NCBI RefSeq assembly: GCF_009914755.1
Contig: NC_060927.1
DNA from: the human T2T-CHM13v2.0 reference genome, Homo sapiens
Reading direction: 5' to 3' (one strand)
Length of the DNA stretch: 64,000 nt
The notes below the pieces were generated by a model that was not told where the DNA came from, searched no databases, and saw nothing but the letters and a program-made list of their open reading frames with translations. This document shows positions 30,573 through 64,000 of this stretch, piece by piece. The position numbers were made by a program, and so were the translations under genes. Positions within the stretch are counted from its first letter, which is position 1; each line of letters opens with the position of its first letter.

Positions 30573-30582
30573 GTACCCTTAA

Positions 30583-32065
<1,483 letters not shown>

Positions 32066-32162
32066 AAGATTTGATTATTTCATTGTGTAGAGACTAACTG
32101 GCCATGTTGTCTTCTGATTAACCCCTGTTCTGGGAAGCAATGCATTTTTGATATGTACATTA

Positions 32163-35520
<3,358 letters not shown>

Positions 35521-35926
35521 TCAAGACTTCTTTAATCTGGTCTTCTTGCAACCGGCCTTCTAGGTCCTCTCTCAAATGTTCATTTACCCCTTGACTTGCA
35601 GTGTCTTTGTGATCTTGGAGACCCTCCTCTGTTCTATCCATCTGCCTGTCTTACCTCCTTCCTCCCCTGTCAAGAGTGTCACTGCAGTGTCTAGATCCAG
35701 CTCCTGGCTGGGACATGAAAGAGCCCTGCTGACAGGTAAAGGCCTCTGAGCCTTAGGGGGTGAGCTTGTGAAAGAAGTGACAGTTCCCACTTCCCTGGGT
35801 TGTGATAAAGAACAACAGACTGCCTTGTGGAATCACCCAGCCTGGGGTCTGAGCACCAGGCACTCAGCTCACCTCTACACCTTCCCTTTCTCTGAGCCTT
35901 ATTGAGTTCTAGGGAAAATTCAAAGG

Positions 35927-36564
<638 letters not shown>

Positions 36565-36614
36565 CAATGGCTTCTGGGAGAACTCATGAGAACTTCGTAT
36601 TGAAAGTTTTACAC

Positions 36615-36735
36615 ACATCACCCCCTTGAGTTCTCACAATGAGGTTGGAATTTGTTCTCCTTTGACAGATAAGGAACTGAAGGCTCAGAGGAGCTACACA
36701 ACTTGCCCAAGGTCACAGAGGGAGATCCAAGAAAT
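36615..36735 (-). mobile_element. MIR
   Basis: tttgacagataaggaactgaaggctcagagg..aacttgcccaaggtcacag. Confidence 0.75.
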
Positions 36736-36794
36736 TCACAACCAAGCCATGAAAAGGAATAGTTACTCAGTATCCTATGCACCCAGCACTGACT

Positions 36795-40298
<3,504 letters not shown>

Positions 40299-40377
40299 TA
40301 AAATTTGTTGCTTTGGTCAGTGGTTCAGTTTGGCTGGAGTGTAGGGAGCTTGGAGAGGGACAATGGGCAGAAGGAAA

Positions 40378-40994
40378 ATCTTAGTTATTCATTGCCTCAC
40401 AACAAATTACCTCAAATCTTCGCGGCTTACTACAACAATAAACATTGATTATCTCTCACAGTTTCTGCAGATCAGGAATTTGGGAATGGCTTGGCTGGGC
40501 GGTTCTGGCTTGAAATCTCAAGAATTTCAATCGCATTTGGATAGGGCTGCATCATCTGAGGGCTTGGCTGAGGCCAGGGGATTCCCTTTCAAGGTCGCTT
40601 ACTCACAGGGCTGGCAAGTTGATGCTGGCTTTGGCAGGAGATCCCGCTTCTTCACCAGGTGGGCTCCTCCACAGGGCTGCTTCAGGGTCCTTATGATGTG
40701 GAGATTGACTTCCTCTAGAGTGAGTGGTGGGCATGGAGGCATGCACCTGCGGTCCCAGCTACATGGGAGGCTGAAGCATGTAGTGAGTGATCCAAGAGTC
40801 AGGATGTAGGAGGGAGCTGTAACCTCTTCACAGCCAAGCCTTTGAAGTCACTTCTATAGCATCACTTCTGCTACATTCTGTGCACTAGAAGCGAGTCATT
40901 TAAGTCTGACCCACTTTCAAGGGAAAGGGAATCAGCCTCCACCTTGGAAAGGGGAAATAGCAGAGAATTTGCAGGCATATTTTAAATCACCACA
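40378..40994 (-). mobile_element. MLT1F-like MaLR LTR
   Basis: aacaaattacctcaaa..ttatctctcacagtttctg..tcaggaatttggg; gcatcacttctgctacattctg; ttttaaatcaccaca terminus. Confidence 0.8.
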
Positions 40995-41723
40995 GACCAT
41001 GAGGGCAAGAAGGTTTATCTGCTCAGAACTCAGGGGCTCTTCAGCTGAGTGGGACTCCAAGGGATCCAGCTTTCTGTGGGGATCCAGCAGTCCTGCCCTA
41101 GTGCCATGTATCCAAGGGACTGTGGGCTTCTGGCAGCAAAACCAAGAACCAAGGCAAGACCCAGTGCTGCCTGCTGTTGAGAAATCTGAAGTGGCTCAGA
41201 CCAGGGCAGGGGGTGCTCACTGTCTGGCAAGCACATAGCAAGAGGACATGAGCCCTTTTCCCCCAAGAGAGTCAGGGAAGGCCTCCTGGGGGTGGCATCT
41301 GAGCTGCATTATTTCAGAGCTTTTATTAGGCCCATAGTGTGGGGCTGGGTGTATACACAGAAGGTTAAATGCGCCTGGTATGGTGCTCAGCAGGCATCAG
41401 AAGCCACGCAGGAGAGCTGAGGCCTGGGGAGACCCCCCACTGACCATAGCAGCAGATACTGTCTCTGCCCTGCAGATGGTGAGACCTTTCTAATGCCACT
41501 TGGTGTTGGCATACAGCTTTTCAGATGGGTGTGGACTGTCCCACAAGAACTCTGTGAGCTCTGTGGGGCGGCTAAAGTGCGCTGGAGATTGTACATGTAA
41601 ACTTTGTTTGCTCATTTCCCCATTCAAATGTCCTTCAACATTGTTGGGGTCTTCTCCCACTTTCTGCCCCTACTTCTCTGAATGTGCTTACCCTATATGG
41701 GCCTGTTTACCTCTCTGCTTCTT

Positions 41724-44955
<3,232 letters not shown>

Positions 44956-45394
44956 TCATCATCATCATATTTTAGTTCTATTGGAGGGGGACATAAGTTG
45001 GCCATGACAGACTGTGGGTTTTGTCACCTACAATACGCAAAGAAACATGGAAAAGAAAATAGTGGACAGAACAGATTGCTGAGAGGCGGAGCATGGCCCT
45101 TGGAGGCAGGTCACACACAATCACCTAGCCCTGTTCTCAGCAGGAAGAATCCATTCTCGCTCAGGTCACTTGCTCAAGCTGGGGACTAGCTTGCCCAATT
45201 TAGATGGGAAAGTCATTGGAGAGGACCTTGTTCAGCCAATGAACAAGAGAAATGCCCACACTTTCTTCCAAGATAGAATCCAAGGGGGCTGCACCTAACA
45301 TGATTCCTCTAAGGCTCCTCCTGGACTCCTGGCCACTGTGGCTGTTGTTCATATCATCAGGAATGAAGCCTGAGCAAGTAATTTGAGGCCAGGG

Positions 45395-45580
45395 CATCTG
45401 GTTGTAAGCACTGGCTTTGTCACTTACTAATGGGTGATCTTGAGCAAGTTGGTTAAGCTCTATAAACCCCAAGTTGCTCATCTATAAATAAAACAGTCAT
45501 AAACCCTCCGTCCACAAAGTTACTGAGAGGGTCAAGGAAGATAACAAGGATGAAACTACGTGAATGATAGGGAAAATTAT
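45395..45580 (+). mobile_element. MIR
   Basis: ctggctttgtcacttactaatgggtgatcttgagcaagttggttaagctct..ctcatctataaa. Confidence 0.75.
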
Positions 45581-46409
45581 TATTAAATAGCAACTTGGCT
45601 GGGGCTTCTAGATTCTGGTTTTGCCCCTGCCCTTCTCCTAGGGTAAATCCCTTCCCTTCTCTGCACATTCTGAATAGTTGGGTTAAAAGAGTCTCTGTGT
45701 TTGGCCAAGTCTGACAGTGAACAATGAGATGATCGTGGTGGGAAAAGCAGGCGATGGGAACTGCTGGAAAGTCCACACAAGGCCAACAGACAGCAGCAGC
45801 TAGTGCTGAATGATGAAAGGAAGTGACCCCATGTGCGTGGCCGTGGGCGGTCCAAGATTCTGGCAGCCCTGGGCTTACGCAGGGAGGCCCCAGCTGATTG
45901 GCCTCAGTTTCCTGAGTAGCTCTGGGATGAAGCCCACCCCTGAACGCCAGGGCAAAGCCAGGGCAGGGCCACTTGGAGTGGGAGGGGCAGGCCAGGCAGA
46001 CATTATGTCATCCGTGCATGTATAAACCACAGGCCCACCCTCCCAGGGCTCCAGCAGCCCTTATGCTCTCTGGCCAGGATCTCTGAGTTCCTTGCTGTGT
46101 CCCCAACCCTTCACATTCCAGGCTCCCAAGGAACTGAGCTGGGACCTTCTGGGCTTCTGTCCAAGCAGCTAGTTCTAATTACCCCACCCCCTCATCCCCC
46201 AGGAATAAACAATATAGCCTTAAACAAGGGCCACTGCTCAGCCTTGAGGAAAACACTGGGCCACGGTGAGTGTTTATTTCTTTATACCCACACTTTGTTC
46301 CAAGATAGAACCTGAAGGAGCTGTATTTATTCTCATTCTCCTGTCCCCTCCCTGGACTTCCAGGCACTTTGAGTTTCACTTGCTCACGTTCACAAGACCC
46401 TCTGGGATA

Positions 46410-46610
46410 GTAGAGGGGACAGGTTTTGAATCAGAAACGTGGCGGTTTGATTCCAGCTCTGCCTCCTTAGTAACTGGCAAGTCTCCCAGTCTCCTGGAGC
46501 CTTAGTTTCCTTGTCTATAGAATGGGGCCTATAATATGGACTCATTGGGTTGCTGTGAAGGTGATTCGACTTGGGGCATGTCAGGTGGCTATGCACAGTA
46601 GGTGCACCTG
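46410..46610 (+). mobile_element. MIR
   Basis: ggttttgaatcaga..ccagctctgcc..gagccttagtttccttgtctatagaatgggg..gggttgctgtgaag. Confidence 0.75.
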
Positions 46611-46647
46611 AGATGACCTTCCGCTCTCCTTCACCTTTCCATTACAC

Positions 46648-46810
46648 CAGGATTCTCAGACTTCAGAACCACTGGAGGGTTATTAAAGCGCAGATCGCGG
46701 GGCCTCACCACCACCAAAGCCTCCGATTCAGATCCTGAGGTTTGCATTTCTAACAGGCTCCCGGGCCTGCTGCTGCGGCTGCTCCAGGAGCCACACTTTG
46801 AGAACCATTG
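46648..46810. mobile_element. MER5A (hAT-Charlie)
   Basis: ttctcagactt..ctggagggttattaaa..cagat..tttgcatttctaacaggctccc..ccacactttgagaaccattg. Confidence 0.8.
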
Positions 46811-46816
46811 CCTTAG

Positions 46817-50299
<3,483 letters not shown>

Positions 50300-50326
50300 T
50301 AAGTGCTATTTTTAAGAGTAAATCCT

Positions 50327-50614
50327 GGCCAGGCATGGTGGCTCATGCCTGTAATCCCAGCACTTTGGGAGGCCAAGGCCGGTGGATCATAAGGTCAGGA
50401 GTTCAAGACCAGCCTGGCCAAGATGGTGAAACTCCGTCTCTACTAAAAATACAAAAATTAGCCAGGTGTGGTGGCGGCCCCTGTAGTCCCAGCTACTTGG
50501 GAGGCTGAGGCAGATAATTGCTTGAATCTGGGAGGCAGAGGTTGCAGTGAGCCGAGATCCTGCCGCTACACTCTAGCCTGGGTGACAGAGTGAGACTGTC
50601 TCAAATAAAAAAAA
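50327..50614 (+). mobile_element. AluS
   Basis: TSD aagagtaaatcct. Confidence 0.9.
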
Positions 50615-51521
50615 AGAGTAAATCCTAATTTACCAACCCACCCCTTCCCACTCTGCAGTGAGTGCAGCCCACTCTGTTGGAGGTATGAGACAAGAGATAA
50701 TTCCAAAAGACTAACAGGAGCCCCCAGCCTCCCACCAGCAGCTCACCAGTTGAGATCAAACTCAGACCTCTCACAGGCCCTGCCATCCCATAGCCTCACC
50801 TCACCCATTGTCATTTCCCTCCCCTACATTACCCCAAATGTTATGCCTTGATTTAGAGCAGGCGATTAGAGGATTTTGCCCTCAGTTAAATTAAACTTCT
50901 CAAAGCAGCCAGTAGGGAAGAGAATGAAAACAGGATTGACCCAGATCTCTTGAAAATCCTGGGGCTTTTCATCAATCCTGAGCATCACTAGGCCTGGGAT
51001 GTTCTCATGGAGGAGGCACTGTCTGGTCCAAAACTAGTGTCCTCTCTGTGTGTACAGCTAGTCCGTAGCAAACTCAGGACCCAGCACTAGCCTTCTACCA
51101 CAAACCACCCGATTCTTTGCTGCTCTTTTGCTCCCCTGGCTTGGCAGACTTCGTGTCTAAAACGCCTAGACTCTGCTTCTCATATCTCAGGCACATCCTA
51201 GCTGCTGTCTGGGAAAGTATTGTTCTTGTTCCCCTTCTGAGCCCTTTCATCTGCCACATGGCAAGGCAGTCAAAGCTGTATTCTCTCTAAATACACAGTC
51301 ATTTGCAAGGGCCTGAAAGAGTCCATAGAGCAAAGGCTGCCTATCCATAACCCTTTGCTCCAAGCCAGGAGCCAGTTTCTCTCTCCAGCTTCAATGACCC
51401 TCTCCCATGTCCAGGCAGTTTCTGGGCTTAAATCATAGCCCATGCCATTTGGTGGAGGAGGTTCTGGCTTCAGAATCCAAATATCTGGTTGTGTTCCTGG
51501 GGCAGCAGGGACCTCAGGCTC

Positions 51522-52711
<1,190 letters not shown>

Positions 52712-53428
52712 CAGATATATAATTTTTTTAGGTAGCTGAGCATGCTGGTGTGTACCTGTAGTCCTCAGCATAGGAAAGGCTACAGGTGTTATATATATAA
52801 TACAAAACAGAGACTTTGGGATGTGGTGATTCACCCAAGGTACCAACTAAAAAGTTGCACAACCAGACTCAAATTCAAGTCTCCTGATGTTAAATTCAGT
52901 TCATTTAATGGGACACCTCATTGCCAGACGGACGGGATAATTAATAAATGAGTAAGACGGGGCCCCTCCCTGCAAGTCTCCACAACTGATGTTTCCCGAA
53001 CACTGGACACCTCCCCTCATTGTAGCCTTTTCCTTGATGCCCTATAAGAAGTACTTGTTTTTGTGGCTGCCATCTTTCTTTCTGGGATTCTGGGAGGCAG
53101 AGGCAGTTCTGACAGCTCCATGTTCTAGGAGCCTGCCCAGAACAAGGTATAGCAACTGAATGACGCCAATGTCCGTCTGGGTTCTTAGCTCCAACAATGG
53201 CGCAGGGCTTAGGGCACAGCTGCTACCCCAGCTATACAGAGGCTGGGAAAGTGGAGGTCTGGCTTCTGTTTAGGGGAGGCAGGACTCAGAGTGGGAGAGT
53301 CTCCAGCTAAAAAGAGTGTTCAAAGGCTCTGCAAGGCCAAAGAGAATACCAGGCTGTGTCCTGGCCTGAATCTGGGTGGGTGAGGAGATCTATACACATT
53401 TAGCTCTAATTGAAAGCTTGATTAAGGA

Positions 53429-55481
<2,053 letters not shown>

Positions 55482-56119
55482 CATCTTTTTTTCTTTTAAT
55501 TAAAATTTAAAAATTAAAAAAAAATAATCATATGGACAAACCCCTAGAGAGCAGAGGAAGGAATAATTAACACTGCCCAGGGGAGTCGGAAGAAGCTTTG
55601 GAGGAGGATTGAACTGAGAGAAAAAGATTGGCAGGAGTTTGTTGTGCAAAGAAGGGGAGGGACAGGTGTTTCACCGGAGGGAGCAGCATGTTCAGGGACA
55701 CACAGCTGTGAACAGGCAAATTGTTGAGGAACGCTGAGAAGTTTGGCTGGACCCGAGGACGAACAGGGAGGCAGGAAGTGAGGCAGGAAAGGCCAGTGGG
55801 CAAAACGGAACATGAGACCTTGCTGTGACCTTCAGACAATCTAAACTGCTTGAGAGGTTGAGAAGCTTTGCATTTGGAAGGGAAATTAGCATTTGTGCTG
55901 AGAAATAAAGCCGTGCATGGAGCGACAACTCTGTGTCCAGAGCTTTACAAGCATTTGCTCTACATCACAATAAAGTGTGTATTTCACAGACAGGGACACA
56001 GAGCTATGGTCTTTCTGCAGTGCAAGCTCTCTGCGAGCAGGGAACACGACCCCAGCACAGCCCTACCAGCTCCTTTGAGGGTGAGGACACCCTCACTTGG
56101 GAAGAAGCAAGTTGGAGCT

Positions 56120-56535
<416 letters not shown>

Positions 56536-57266
56536 AACTGTTGGATGAAGTTTTCTGTAAATATTAATAGTTATTTTAGTTGTCTCTTGGCTTTGGCCAG
56601 CACCTTTGGGGAGTATCTCCCAGGCTGTCTGTGGTTCACCAAAATCATGTGGAAAAGGAAGGGGCTCCATTCACTCACTTCCATAGTGATACCCAGGGTG
56701 AGAGTGCTCCATAGAGCACTCCCCCGACAGGCAGGCTGCTGAGGGAAGACTTCCTGGAGGGCAAGAGGCCTAGATGACCCAACTAGGAAGAGAGGGAGAA
56801 GTGGAGGGGTAGAGTGGGAGATGAGCTCAGGAATGAGGGCAGGGTCTGGTGGAGGCTGCTTGGAGAGGCCACTCAGAGGGAAGAATACCTGCTCCTGGCT
56901 CTGCCTGTCACCTCTTGGTTCCTTGTTTCCTCATCTGCCTCAGCAGGCTTCTCTGACCGGGTGGTGGGCAGTGGGAGAGGGTGGAGGAACGACCTTCGCC
57001 TCAGCCAGAGTATGGGGCAGGCCCTCTGTGGGGACAGCTGCTTCATGGCTTAGCCTTAGCTGATTATGGTGGCCTCACCATGCCTGTCTGTCCATCTGGA
57101 AAATGGGCTCAATAATGGTATCTGCCTCATAGGGTTTCACGAGGACTCGAGGGAGATGACTTTTGCTGCTGTCTTGATTTTGTCTGTTGTTTTTGTAGTT
57201 ACACAGAGGATAACAGATGAATCAGACACTGAACCTGCCCAACCCTATGTGCTGGACTCATCATAA

Positions 57267-60060
<2,794 letters not shown>

Positions 60061-60527
60061 TTAACTGAGTACCGGAAGCAACTCACCCACCTCCATGAGT
60101 ATGAGTGTTTGCATCCATAAAATGAGGGTGAATTCCATCCTGTGAGAATCAAATGAAAATGGCCACATAGAAGAGAAAACAGCATCCCCAAAGTTAGTCC
60201 TCAGGAACTTAAGTCCAATGAGATACTCCATGGAGAAAAGTCTCCATGGGCAAATAGGTTTGGAAAATGCTCTGTCGTCTCTTGAAATTCATGATGCATG
60301 CTGGCAGGCCAAGCGCTCTGAGAAACCCTGCAATAAAGAGAACAGGTGAAAATTGTTTAACTACAGGTGTGTACCACCACACCCAGCTAATTTTTTGTAT
60401 TTTTAGCAGAGACAGGGTTTCGCCATATTGCCCAGACTGGTCTTGAACTCTTGGCCTCAAGTGATTCTCCTGCCTTGGCCTCCCAAAGAGCTAGGATTAC
60501 AGGTGTGAGCCACCGTGCCTGGCCATA

Positions 60528-60621
60528 TCATGCCATTTATATAAGCGATTTGAGCGTCTTTGGATTTTGATATCAGTGGGGGTCCTGGAACCAACTCCCC
60601 ACAGATACCAAGGGACAACTG
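60528..60621 (+). mobile_element. MER2 (TcMar-Tigger) terminal fragment
   Basis: gccatttatataag..ttgagc..ggattttgatatc..gggggtcctggaaccaa..gataccaagggacaactg then TA. Confidence 0.8.
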
Positions 60622-60969
60622 TATTATTCAAATATATCTAAGTTATTCTAACATATGTTTTTTTTTTTTCTTTTTTCTTTGAGATGGAGTCTCGCTCTGT
60701 AGCCCAGGCTGGAGTGCAGTGGAGTGATCTAAGGTCACTGCAAGCTCTGCCTCCCGGGTTCATGCCATTCTCCTGCCTCAGCCTCTGAGTAGCTGGGACT
60801 ACAGGTGCCCGCCACCACGCCCAGCTAATTTTTTGTACTTTTAGGAGAGATGGGATTTCACTGTGTTAGCCAGCATGGTCTCAATCTCCTGACCTCGTGA
60901 TCCACCTGCTTTGGCCTCCCAAAGTGCTGGGATTACAGGCGTAGGCCACCGCGCCCGGCCTCTAACATA

Positions 60970-62578
<1,609 letters not shown>

Positions 62579-62597
62579 ATACCTAAATATAGATAAA

Positions 62598-64000
<1,403 letters not shown>

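Noticed and set aside
46021-46090. TATA followed by ATG as a small gene
   Set aside because: The ATG near 46064 reaches a stop after 7 codons; no exon structure.

Overview
Primate (most likely human) genomic DNA, extremely Alu-dense, with no intact protein-coding region. A CpG island at ~3.7-4.75 kb carries the promoter and non-coding first exon of a minus-strand gene. The exon matches, from memory, the MAP4 5'UTR (3p21.31), so bases 1-4072 would be intron 1 and the rest upstream intergenic DNA. The intergenic part holds a 7SL retropseudogene (~10.1-10.4 kb), a frameshifted RPL17 processed pseudogene (~35.9-36.6 kb), roughly 100 or more Alus (estimated, not counted), and L1/L2/MIR fragments. 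It also holds DNA transposons (MER33, Tigger3a, MER5A, MER2) and an ERV graveyard at 25-32 kb: a MER21/ERVL LTR with a perfect tRNA-Leu PBS and decayed gag, an LTR8-like LTR, and two independent solo LTR10s. Almost all ORFs in the track are Alu or microsatellite artefacts. I see no convincing new gene system. The best unexplained signals are a duplicated ATF/CRE-plus-NF-kB module (42.2 and 44.3 kb), two apparent locally templated insertions (20.0 and 40.7 kb), an E-box/palindrome-rich unique segment (57.7-58.2 kb), and C/EBP-ATF elements, a Z-DNA tract and G4 motifs around the promoter. Repeat subfamily names come from recalled consensus sequences and need Dfam/RepeatMasker confirmation.
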